Notes under the pieces: generated by a model
What the model saw: the letters and a program-made list of their open reading frames with translations, nothing else
Databases searched by the model: none
What the model was told of the DNA's origin: nothing
Program-made: the position numbers and the translations under genes
From: Candidatus Thorarchaeota archaeon
GTDB taxonomy: Archaea > Asgardarchaeota > Heimdallarchaeia > Hodarchaeales > Hodarchaeaceae
Length of the DNA: 32,000 nucleotides
Reading direction: 5' to 3'
Assembly: GCA_048882505.1 (NCBI GenBank)
Contig: JBHLRO010000003.1
Span: 90,001-122,000, forward strand
Part shown: piece by piece, positions 8,374-17,168 of the stretch
How positions within the stretch are numbered: position 1 is the first letter of the stretch
How the letters are laid out: the number at the start of each line of letters is the position of its first letter

Positions 8374-10885
8374 ATGTCCGAGTGCTCTGGATAAACGATC
8401 TTGTTTTTTTCATTTCTTTCTCCCACTTTTTTCTTTCAGAACGTAGCTGAAAAATGTCTACATCTTTATAGATCAAATCTTCCTTTTTAGGGGGAATGTT
8501 ATATTCAGTTCTCTCCTTTTCAGGAGTATAGATGAAAGAATTACCAAACTCGGCAATATTGGCGAAGAAACAGTAGGCATAAATCGATCTTCGGGCATCG
8601 AAATGCGCCGCTTTGAAATCAGCGGTAACTGGTGTAAAAGCTGGATTAAAAATAATGTCTACTGGTGGATCGAAGTTTTTCAACTCTGCTCTGAAATCCA
8701 GATCAAGAAAATCGCGACAGATTAAGATTGCCATTCTTCCGTACTCTGTGTTGCATACAATGGTGGTTCTGGGAAATTTATCAACGGATATGCCCTCCTT
8801 GATCTTTTTTCCAGCAATATAAATGATTGCGGGGTGATGCTTCTCTTGCTCCCACAGCACACCTTTTGGGCCAAACGCAATACTTACATTTCGATTTGTC
8901 GTTTGATCATGAAAAGACCCAGGAATTATGTACATTCCATACATCTGAGCAGATTTTGAGATATCCTCTCTTAACAACTTGCAATTAAGGTCGATGATAA
9001 GCTCGGGGAATAGCAAAATGTTGATCCCCTCCGAGACAGCCCTCTGTATTTTATTTTTGATGGAATTTCTGATGAGTTCAACTTTTTCTTTCCGTATATT
9101 AAATAAACCAGGAATTTTTGAATAAAAGAGTTCGCTTACAATATCATCAGTTTCTGAGATTCCTATTTGCGCTATTCCGATTCGACATTTTTGTTTCTGA
9201 GTTCTAGCATGAGTGTGATATAGATCCTTATAGATCAGTCTGAATCTTGTTACCGTTTTAAACTTATTTTCTAAGACATCATTTATGGCGTTCGAAATGT
9301 ATTCACGGAGGTTTAAAAGCTCAATCCTTTCCTGTAATGTCGAATTACTGATAAATAGTTCTTTCCATTCATCTAATTGACCTATAAGTTCTTCTTGCTG
9401 AATTAATAATTTCGAATGTATCAGTCCCAATCCTTTATCTTCAGCGATCGCAAGCGCTTTTTCAAGTAATTTTTTCGATAGATCAGATTTGCCTTCAATT
9501 AATGCAAGTCTTGCTTGAAGGGAATATAAGCTGACCAAGGTTGTAATTGATCTTTGTTTGTTTGCTACATTGGAAATCTGATCTAATAATTGTTGTATAT
9601 CTAATATAATTGCCTCTTCTCCGGAATATTTCAGTTCATCTAATAATAATTCACAGAGATTTACTTTGATCATAAACTCAATTTCATAGTCAAATCTGTC
9701 TTCCTTGATTTCTTGCAGAATCTGTTGAGCTTGAAATTTATAGACTGCTCTTTTTTTCTCTTTTAAAACGAGTGCCTGAGCTAACTTTTTTACAACATCT
9801 AACCATGGCCACCTCTCTACGTATTCATCTAGCTTCTGCTGTGACACGTCAATTTTTTGTTCATTGTGGAGTTCCACATATGCCATGATTAAGTATAAAT
9901 GAAGGATGGCCAGCTCAAAATCCAAGAAAGTATTTCTGGATTTGCATATTGATTCGTGAACATCGATTGCTTTGTTGAAATATTCAATGGCCTTCTCTAG
10001 TTCACCTTGGTGATAATGAACAGCGCCCAAATACCGAAAGGTAACACAATAACCATGGGGAACATCTCGAGATGAAGATGGAGAATAATCCTTTAGAGCT
10101 TTATCATAATACTGAATTCCTTTCCTGAAATTTCCTTTTCCTTGATGGACTGAACCCATAAGAGTTGAAACTTCAGAAAGACCTATTTCATGTTCCAAAT
10201 CATCAAAGATCTCAAGACTTTCTTCAGCACATCGTAATGCTGTGTCTAATTCCCCTTTATAATAGTGGATGTAACCTAGGGAATAATTGGACCAAGCGAT
10301 ATACTTGGTATTTCCTATAGCTTTACTGATTTCCAATTGTCTCTGTATATAGTCTTGCGCTTCGTCTAAACTTCCTCTGGCCCTCAATATCCAGCCTATA
10401 TTATTTAATTGATAATAAATACCTTGTTTATGATTGATTTCCCTAAACAAGTTCAAACTTCTCTTGAAAAAATCTAAGGCCTTATCGAATTCACCAATAG
10501 AAATTTGAAACCCCCCCTTAAATGCCAATAATTCTCCTTCCCATTCCCGTATTTTTTGCCTGTCAGAATCATTCATCCTCGATAAAATAATGTCACACAA
10601 TTCGACTTCTTCTGTAATCTCAGAAAATCTCCTTAATTTGTACAAGGTTTGTATTTTCGCATTTCGTGCTCCAAATTCTTGAACAAGATTAAGTTGTTCC
10701 AGGCGGGAATTGAGAATTTTTTCTAAAATCGATAATGCACCATCGTAATCACGTCGTGTCCGAAATATGAGGCTCTTAAGTACTTCTCCTTCAATTCGAT
10801 CCTTCTTCTCGAGTGTTTCAATTCTTGAGAGAGCATCATCTAGTTTCTCATCTTGGATTAATTTCTGAATTTCTTCCAAGCTCAT
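8372..10885 (-). CDS. TPR-repeat protein with C-terminal carbon-nitrogen hydrolase (nitrilase-fold) domain (protein A, ~837 aa)
   Basis: Tandem ~40-aa TPRs (GEFDKALDFFKRSL...LNNIG; GSLDEAQDY...YSLG; GELDTAL...; GNFRKG...; GELEKAIEYF). C-terminal IGIAQIG, LLFPEL (Glu), EQEKHHP (Lys), AILICRD (Cys), NIAEFGNS. Minus-strand SD AGGTGA at 10896-10901 supports ATG 10885 over the ORF-track start at 10966. Confidence 0.85.
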   Translation of the reverse strand: MSLEEIQKLIQDEKLDDALSRIETLEKKDRIEGEVLKSLIFRTRRDYDGALSILEKILNSRLEQLNLVQEFGARNAKIQTLYKLRRFSEITEEVELCDIILSRMNDSDRQKIREWEGELLAFKGGFQISIGEFDKALDFFKRSLNLFREINHKQGIYYQLNNIGWILRARGSLDEAQDYIQRQLEISKAIGNTKYIAWSNYSLGYIHYYKGELDTALRCAEESLEIFDDLEHEIGLSEVSTLMGSVHQGKGNFRKGIQYYDKALKDYSPSSSRDVPHGYCVTFRYLGAVHYHQGELEKAIEYFNKAIDVHESICKSRNTFLDFELAILHLYLIMAYVELHNEQKIDVSQQKLDEYVERWPWLDVVKKLAQALVLKEKKRAVYKFQAQQILQEIKEDRFDYEIEFMIKVNLCELLLDELKYSGEEAIILDIQQLLDQISNVANKQRSITTLVSLYSLQARLALIEGKSDLSKKLLEKALAIAEDKGLGLIHSKLLIQQEELIGQLDEWKELFISNSTLQERIELLNLREYISNAINDVLENKFKTVTRFRLIYKDLYHTHARTQKQKCRIGIAQIGISETDDIVSELFYSKIPGLFNIRKEKVELIRNSIKNKIQRAVSEGINILLFPELIIDLNCKLLREDISKSAQMYGMYIIPGSFHDQTTNRNVSIAFGPKGVLWEQEKHHPAIIYIAGKKIKEGISVDKFPRTTIVCNTEYGRMAILICRDFLDLDFRAELKNFDPPVDIIFNPAFTPVTADFKAAHFDARRSIYAYCFFANIAEFGNSFIYTPEKERTEYNIPPKKEDLIYKDVDIFQLRSERKKWEKEMKKTRSFIQSTRT

Positions 10886-11095
10886 AAGGATCGCCTCACC
10901 TAAAAAGAATCGACCGTAAATAAACAATATTCCTATAGTAACCAAAAACATCTCAACCACTGCCAATTGTGGAATCCCAGCAGAATTTTCAAACCAGTAG
11001 AGTGAGAAAGATCCAACAGATCCTAACTTCCATTCCCTCTATTCATATCGTAAAAACAGCTATTTAACTGACGGGGTGAATTTCGAAGAGAGATC

Positions 11096-12355
11096 GTGGT
11101 TACCATGTCCAAAAAGTCTCTTTTCGTTTTTTTCCTCGTAGTTAGTCTTGCTGGTTTGAATATATTTCAGTTTTACTATTTCACAACCTTGCTTCCAGTA
11201 ACTCCGCAAGAGGACGTACCACTCGATGTTGTAACAATTCTAAATAATAATAAGGCCGATTACATCGGGAAAACGGTTACTCTAGATGGATATTATGTCG
11301 AAGGAGGATCCAATATATCCCTGCTCATTACTGAGCCAGTTATATTCGAAAATAATTCACTAACACCAAACAATTATCTGATAATAGGTGGTAATGTGCC
11401 ATCATCACTACAAACACAGATAGGAGCGCAAGTACACCTTAAAGGGCGAATTACTTGGGCCAATGAAACCGAAGGCTTGTTGGAAATTACCTATGGATCT
11501 CACTCACTTATTAGGGAAGGGGCATTGAATCACTTACAAAACAAGTTCATCGACACTTCCAAACTTTATGATATTACCCAGTTTCCCTTCAACCAACGGA
11601 AATACGCTGTATTGATTAGTGGTGGGATTAAACCAGAAAAGGCTTACTCCAGGTATTGGAATGATATCACTGCTATGTATTTCATTTTGACATGGTTATA
11701 TGGCTATGATCCGCAGAACATCTATATCGTTTATAAGGACGGAATTCCCGAAAATGGCTTCGCTCCCGTTCATGGCCCCGCGACTCATACTTACCTGCAG
11801 ACTGTGTTTACTGAACTTGAGAATAAGATGACCCGATCAGATAATTTATTCATTTACACCACTAATCACGGCGGGAGTTCTGGTCTCAGTTTGTGGGGAC
11901 CGATGGATCCCTACGCTCTTACTCCCAATGAGCTTAATAATATGCTTATGAATATTCAGTATAATCAAGAAATCATAGTTATGGAACAGTGCAAATCAGG
12001 TGTCTTTATTCCCACTTTAAGTAAATCAGGCAGAGTTATCCTAACTGCTGCAAGTCCAATACAATCTTCATACGGCTGCGACACAGAAGGGCCCTGGGAT
12101 GAATTTGTTTATCATTTCATGAGCGCTGTTGCCGAACTAAAAATAAATGGAGACCCCGGCATTGTAAATTCGGATTTAAATAACGATGGCAAAGTCTCAA
12201 TGTATGAAGCCTTCATGTATGCTAGTGAGCAAGACTCCCGTCTCGAAAATCCATATTATGATGATGACGGTGACGGTAGCGGATTACCAGCGATTCTATT
12301 GAGTTTATTAGATCCGGCTGATGAGGGGGCGTTAGGTCAAAACACCTTTTTGTAA
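11096..12355 (+). CDS. Membrane-anchored/secreted C13-family (legumain/caspase-fold, clan CD) cysteine peptidase
   Basis: N-terminal hydrophobic segment (SLFVFFLVVSLAGL). KYAVLISGG...RYWND, His motif FIYTTNHGG, Cys motif IVMEQCKSG, VILTAAS. Ca-loop-like DLNNDGKVS. Start GTG 11096 or ATG 11105. Confidence 0.8.
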   Translation: MVTMSKKSLFVFFLVVSLAGLNIFQFYYFTTLLPVTPQEDVPLDVVTILNNNKADYIGKTVTLDGYYVEGGSNISLLITEPVIFENNSLTPNNYLIIGGNVPSSLQTQIGAQVHLKGRITWANETEGLLEITYGSHSLIREGALNHLQNKFIDTSKLYDITQFPFNQRKYAVLISGGIKPEKAYSRYWNDITAMYFILTWLYGYDPQNIYIVYKDGIPENGFAPVHGPATHTYLQTVFTELENKMTRSDNLFIYTTNHGGSSGLSLWGPMDPYALTPNELNNMLMNIQYNQEIIVMEQCKSGVFIPTLSKSGRVILTAASPIQSSYGCDTEGPWDEFVYHFMSAVAELKINGDPGIVNSDLNNDGKVSMYEAFMYASEQDSRLENPYYDDDGDGSGLPAILLSLLDPADEGALGQNTFL

Positions 12356-12452
12356 CCTATAACTAAATAGTTACAATGTGGGCAATCGGAATTCCAAAAC
12401 CTGACGACCAATTAGAGAATCGCGAATTGACTCTTGGTAAATACTCACTGTG

Positions 12453-12493
12453 GGATTCAAGGCCAAGGGATTTCTCTATGTTGGCCCGAATCC
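12453..12493. other. Stem-loop between convergent genes (possible bidirectional terminator or RNA stability element)
   Basis: GGATTC/GAATCC and GGCCAA/TTGGCC nested complementary pairs. Confidence 0.45.
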
Positions 12494-12527
12494 GTTTGAC
12501 GAGCTAGAGCCAACTCATTATAGGCCC

Positions 12528-13439
12528 CTAGTCTGAACGTTCTGCGGCTTTCTGCAAGTACCGAGGATGGTAATTTAAGAGATTGTAGAGAAATTTGTCA
12601 GAAGATCTTTCCCGTGAGCCTGTGGGGATTATAATATCTTCCAGTTTCTTTACTCGAAATTTTTTCTTTACAATATTGAAGTAATGCTGTTCCTGAAGAA
12701 GAAGCAAGTTACGGATTGATATCATAACCTCATCTACTATTTCCCGCGCTGTTTCATAGAATTCAGCTTTTGAATCATCCCATCCTCCAGTGCGAAAATA
12801 ATCATCGAAGTATAGGGGCTTTCCAAAAGAAACGGACACAAACGCTTTGTATTTGGGAACCAGTCTACCGATTCCTAAAGCTTCAGCCGCCCCGTGGCAA
12901 TAAAACGGGATAACTGGGACTTTTCCATTTAATTTAAGGATAACACGACCTACACCGGTCCGTCCTTCTTTCAATAGATTGAAGTAATCATGAAGTGGAT
13001 GACTAAAGATTCTCTTTCCCTGGGGAGCGATCAAAACCGCCAATCCTTTCCTTAATAGGCGTACTGCATAATCTAGTGCGACATTGGAATTTTCACGATA
13101 TACGGGAAATGCCCCGAGCACTCGGACTAATCCAAAAAACGTGTTCCCATCCATAGCCTTTCCTGATGCCATGAAACCCAGCCTGGTCCGGTTTCCATAC
13201 GGTTTAATGATTGCACTTCCCAGCAATAACGCATCAAGATGTGATCGGTGATTTCCACAAAATATCACTGGATTACCCTCGGGAAGTTCAGAGGTATTTT
13301 CTAATCCACTCACATCGAACTGAAAGAAGTTATGGCAAAATTTCGGAACGACCAGAGCGGCAAACCTAAATAAACTCCTCTGGATGAAGTTCCATTCGAG
13401 GTGGATTAAATTTGCAGGTAGTTCCATATAGGAAGTCAC
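12528..13439 (-). CDS. Lysophospholipid acyltransferase (PlsC/LPLAT family)
   Basis: Block I NHRSHLD (HxxxxD), block II GAFPVYR, block III APQGKR (canonical PEGxR), block IV VPVIP. Start GTG 13439 or ATG 13427. Confidence 0.88.
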   Translation of the reverse strand: MTSYMELPANLIHLEWNFIQRSLFRFAALVVPKFCHNFFQFDVSGLENTSELPEGNPVIFCGNHRSHLDALLLGSAIIKPYGNRTRLGFMASGKAMDGNTFFGLVRVLGAFPVYRENSNVALDYAVRLLRKGLAVLIAPQGKRIFSHPLHDYFNLLKEGRTGVGRVILKLNGKVPVIPFYCHGAAEALGIGRLVPKYKAFVSVSFGKPLYFDDYFRTGGWDDSKAEFYETAREIVDEVMISIRNLLLLQEQHYFNIVKKKFRVKKLEDIIIPTGSRERSSDKFLYNLLNYHPRYLQKAAERSD

Positions 13440-13542
13440 CAGATCTGTACTTCATACGCTATTAAAGATTTTTTAGGATATTGACTCGGAATACGAATCG
13501 GATAAGCCATTTGTATTACCCAGTCTTTCGAGTTTTAACTTA

Positions 13543-14751
13543 TTAGCTATAAATGATTAATTCCTCTAAGGTTCGAGGATATTCCGTGACAATTTCTATT
13601 CCATCTGTTGTTATTACAATGGTGTCCGAGTGCCTAAAACCTCCTATAGAACGGTCATAAATTCCTGGTTCAACCGAAAAAACCATTCCAGGTTTTAGAA
13701 GTTCATCCATTCCGAGATCGAGAAAAGGGCGCTCATGACCTTCTAATCCGAGAGCATGGCCCGTGTGATGTTGAACTAAGTTTAACACACCAGAATCTTT
13801 AAAAACAGCACGTGTGGCCTTATCTACTTTGGATAAAGGTATCCCAGGCCCAAGTGTTTCAAAAGCAGCCTTCTGGGCGCGAACCATTATATCAAAGTAA
13901 TCTTTCTGCTTTTTATTTGGCTCTCCCATAAACATGGTTCTTTCTAATTCCGAAAGATATCCTGCGACGTTTCCGCCTGCTCCCGTAACCAATGTATCAC
14001 CTTTATGAAATACGGCATTGCGGGTCATTGCGTGAGGGATTGCTGAATAAGGTCCTATCTGTCCTCTGTAGCCTGCACCGCAGGGACGCGCGCCATACCC
14101 AATCGGCGAATAATCTGAACCAAGAGTTTCCCGCATACGTTTCGATGCTTCGTGAGAGGCGCGAAACGACACATCAATTTCATTTGCTCCGACCACAGTA
14201 TAATCTTGTAACAATCGATGAGCCAAATTGCCCCATTTTGCACTTTCACGAATGGAGGCCAATTCATCTTCGTCTTTAATAATCCGCATGTCAGTAATAA
14301 CGTCAGAGACGATTTTCACCGGAAATTTCAAAACATCACTGAAAGATGGACCTATATATCCCCATTTACCTGGAGCTCCTGCGCCCTCTGCCCCAATGTT
14401 ACCAGAAATCCTCAATTTGTCCTTCAGAAAAGATGCAAATTTGGTCATTGGGTGTACTGTGTCTGGATATTCAAAATAGCTTTCAACTTCCTTAACAGAA
14501 GGAACCTCCTCCTGGACGTGCTGTTTTTCGAGTTCTGGTACGAAAAAATTAATGGAAGGACTACTCGTTACATTGGTACATATCAAAAAGAAAGGACGTT
14601 CGGTAGGTATTAAGACAAAGCCAGTCAAATAATAGATTGAGATGGGATTAAGGACTATAAAGTGCCGTAGTTCGTGTTCTTTGATGATAATCTTAAAAAA
14701 CTGATCCCGACGTTCACTTAATCGCGATTGAGGAATTTTTATGGGTATCAT
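13543..14751 (-). CDS. M24 (pita-bread fold) Xaa-Pro peptidase/creatinase-like protein with degenerate metal site
   Basis: LNPISIYYLTGF, DMRIIKDEDEL, SAIPH, GYLSELERT, HHTGHALG, VFSVEPGIY, GGFRHSDTIV. Confidence 0.88.
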   Translation of the reverse strand: MIPIKIPQSRLSERRDQFFKIIIKEHELRHFIVLNPISIYYLTGFVLIPTERPFFLICTNVTSSPSINFFVPELEKQHVQEEVPSVKEVESYFEYPDTVHPMTKFASFLKDKLRISGNIGAEGAGAPGKWGYIGPSFSDVLKFPVKIVSDVITDMRIIKDEDELASIRESAKWGNLAHRLLQDYTVVGANEIDVSFRASHEASKRMRETLGSDYSPIGYGARPCGAGYRGQIGPYSAIPHAMTRNAVFHKGDTLVTGAGGNVAGYLSELERTMFMGEPNKKQKDYFDIMVRAQKAAFETLGPGIPLSKVDKATRAVFKDSGVLNLVQHHTGHALGLEGHERPFLDLGMDELLKPGMVFSVEPGIYDRSIGGFRHSDTIVITTDGIEIVTEYPRTLEELIIYS

Positions 14752-14792
14752 GGCTAACTATATCCCTTTTGCTCAAAATATGACAGCTGTCG

Positions 14793-15308
14793 TTATAGGT
14801 AAGGTAGAACTACGTTCAAGCTTTGGATCAGGTTTTCTGGGGTCGCGATTGGCCGCACTTTGACCGTTAAAAAGACTAGAAACCCGAGGAATAATGTTAT
14901 TGTCCAACAAATAACCGTTGCAATCATCAATGGTCTGAAATTGATCAAAGTTCGCAAGCGTATTTCAAAACGTTTTACAGCGAAAGAAATGGTGATGAAA
15001 AGACTTAGTGCAATTGTAATTGATCCCATGGTCCAATGGGCAAAGGGAATCCACCGTCCAAGAGGATCGGCCAAAACTCGGGGGGCCGCTCTTAGTGCAT
15101 TGGGCAGCATCACTAGCAACCAAACTGTCAAGTGTGCAATTGTCGCCCCATAGACCATCCAATGATGCAGCGTGATGTTCAAGCGTCGTGCACCAAAATA
15201 CCACCCAACGAATAAGCCACAGAAAAGGACAACCTCAACAATGAGCACCAATAAGGCGAGAGTCGGAATATTATAACCGTTGAGAACTAGATCTTGCACG
15301 AGCGTCAT
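14793..15308 (-). CDS. DUF420-like multi-pass membrane protein
   Basis: Four hydrophobic segments with His residues at helix starts (LHHWMV, IAHLT, FAHWTMG). Family call by resemblance only. Confidence 0.55.
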   Translation of the reverse strand: MTLVQDLVLNGYNIPTLALLVLIVEVVLFCGLFVGWYFGARRLNITLHHWMVYGATIAHLTVWLLVMLPNALRAAPRVLADPLGRWIPFAHWTMGSITIALSLFITISFAVKRFEIRLRTLINFRPLMIATVICWTITLFLGFLVFLTVKVRPIATPENLIQSLNVVLPYL

Positions 15309-15318
15309 AATTAACCCA

Positions 15319-16053
15319 TTATTTCTCAGTAACTATCTTAGAAATACTTCCTCTTGTTGTAAATTGACAAGATTCAATGGTTGCTCTATCCCCTTTATGA
15401 CTTGTAATTATGGCTGATCCAATCATTCCCCATGGACAGAATCTGACATTTGATTTTTGATAGGCTTCTGATTTATGTATGTTAGCAAAATAACATTTGT
15501 TTGCGGCGATTCGAACGGAAGTCCCTTTTATTCTCACACTGGTATATTGTACAAATCTTTTTTCTCTGATATAGTCCAGGTAGGCATTCAATTTTTCTTC
15601 TAACGTTTTTTCCTCCCCAAGAAAGACATCTGGTAGGTAGGAGGACAAGATATCTGCTATTCGACTAAAAACATACGTCTTGATCGCAGTTTCTCCTAAG
15701 ATGTCGATAAAGACGCTTTCATATCCGAAGATCGCAGCTCTTAGCTGCCAAATCTCCTCTAATGAGAACATTACGCTCTTTTTCAGTTCACGTGCGCGAG
15801 AAATCTTTAGTTTAAAGTCATCCAACCATGATCTTAGGTCAGATACCAATCGTTCGGGGTCAGGGGCGGCCTTATTGAAAATGCCCGGCAAAAATTCTCG
15901 AACATAATAGACCATTTTTGGCAATACATAATCCTCTACAACATTTGGGCCAATTAATTCCATACCTACCGCTTCATAGGCGTCTAAAATACCGCCATAT
16001 AAGAAAACTGCATCCAATCTCCCCTTTTGACCCTCTTTAATAGCATGTGACAT
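15319..16053 (-). CDS. V4R/MetOD-like domain protein with duplicated N-terminal helical unit
   Basis: C-terminal beta-rich part with three spaced Cys (KCYFANIH, FCPWG, SCQF). Internal repeat residues 21-59 vs 106-144. Confidence 0.6.
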   Translation of the reverse strand: MSHAIKEGQKGRLDAVFLYGGILDAYEAVGMELIGPNVVEDYVLPKMVYYVREFLPGIFNKAAPDPERLVSDLRSWLDDFKLKISRARELKKSVMFSLEEIWQLRAAIFGYESVFIDILGETAIKTYVFSRIADILSSYLPDVFLGEEKTLEEKLNAYLDYIREKRFVQYTSVRIKGTSVRIAANKCYFANIHKSEAYQKSNVRFCPWGMIGSAIITSHKGDRATIESCQFTTRGSISKIVTEK

Positions 16054-16136
16054 TTATCGATCCCATAAAAAGAGGTTATACCTTCTTACCCCTTCTAAAT
16101 GTTAGATGGTTTAAGTTTTTGTTAGGAATTGAAGAT

Positions 16137-17168
16137 CTATCTTGATGAGAATAATTCGATATTGTAGTTTTCATTATCATTCTGCTTTGAGATCACTATC
16201 CTCTCGTTGTGTTCCTTAGAGTGGCAAACTATTTCGAATAATTCGAAATTTCTTGGAGTAAGTAATCGAAAGAAACCCTTAACGATATTGATCAGGGCGA
16301 GAAAGGTAATTGCAAATTGAACGGGCAACGGTTCTCCAAGTAGTTGCTTGAAATTGCCATCAAACTGTAGAATGGCTTGAGTTACTAAGTTGGTTTTGAA
16401 TTTTTGACCGATTAGTTCATCTAAATTGGAATAGTGGAACATTGCTAACGCAGTCTCCACTACTTCTTTCTTATTTGTATACAATGATCCTGAAGCAACA
16501 CTACACCTAGAGCCACTCCTTACCACGGATGTTACATACTCCTTGGATGATATATTGAAATACGAATAACTTTCGATCCCTAATCGCGACAATGTTGTTG
16601 ATAACGTGTCGTTCAGAAGAAAAAAGTCCGTAGCGTGTTGTGCTCTAAACAGCGGCCGAGGGCGGGCGAACTTGGCTATGAGTTCCCTATTATCTGTATC
16701 GACAAGGAATGCCAAGGAAATATTTGTCCGCTTTTCAAGGAGTTCTTCAATGTAAGTTGCTTCTCCCTCACGACCAAAGAAGCGGTCGGTAAATTCGGAA
16801 AGTTCCTTTGAAAGAGCCCTTTTCTCTGGGGTATTTAGATCAATTACTACGTTTTCTTCTGGTAAGTCAGCCGCAGCAATAAGGTCCTGGATTCGTTTTA
16901 AACCTCTAAGCGCAAGAGAATCTGGGGTATCACGTTCGAAAACTCCCACGAGGACATTGTCTGTCTTCGGATAACGTATAAATAGGAAGTGCTCTCTCTC
17001 TGTAAAAAAGGACTCTAAGAAATCCGACCGTGCCGTCTTACTGAAGTCAGTCAATGCACTCAAAAGACCAGAACTGAGAATGACCTCATCACTAACTGTG
17101 GTTTGTGATTCTCTTCCGAAATGATATGCTAACATGCCATCTCGCATCAAAAAGATTTCTTTAAGCAT
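16137..17168 (-). CDS. Protein with N-terminal longin-like domain and further roadblock/longin-like units
   Basis: N-terminus MLKEIFLMRDGMLAYHF...DEVILSSGLLSALTDFSK...FLFIR...VLVGVFE fits the beta-beta-alpha-beta-beta-beta-alpha longin-like pattern. ATG 17168 (TTG 17177 alternative). Confidence 0.6.
   Translation of the reverse strand: MLKEIFLMRDGMLAYHFGRESQTTVSDEVILSSGLLSALTDFSKTARSDFLESFFTEREHFLFIRYPKTDNVLVGVFERDTPDSLALRGLKRIQDLIAAADLPEENVVIDLNTPEKRALSKELSEFTDRFFGREGEATYIEELLEKRTNISLAFLVDTDNRELIAKFARPRPLFRAQHATDFFLLNDTLSTTLSRLGIESYSYFNISSKEYVTSVVRSGSRCSVASGSLYTNKKEVVETALAMFHYSNLDELIGQKFKTNLVTQAILQFDGNFKQLLGEPLPVQFAITFLALINIVKGFFRLLTPRNFELFEIVCHSKEHNERIVISKQNDNENYNIELFSSR

Noticed and set aside
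12453-12493. Hairpin as SECIS element or tRNA fragment (CCCGAATCC resembles a T-loop)
   Set aside because: The flanking genes end in TAA/TAG with no in-frame TGA, no SECIS core motif is evident, and no cloverleaf or proper T-stem can be built.
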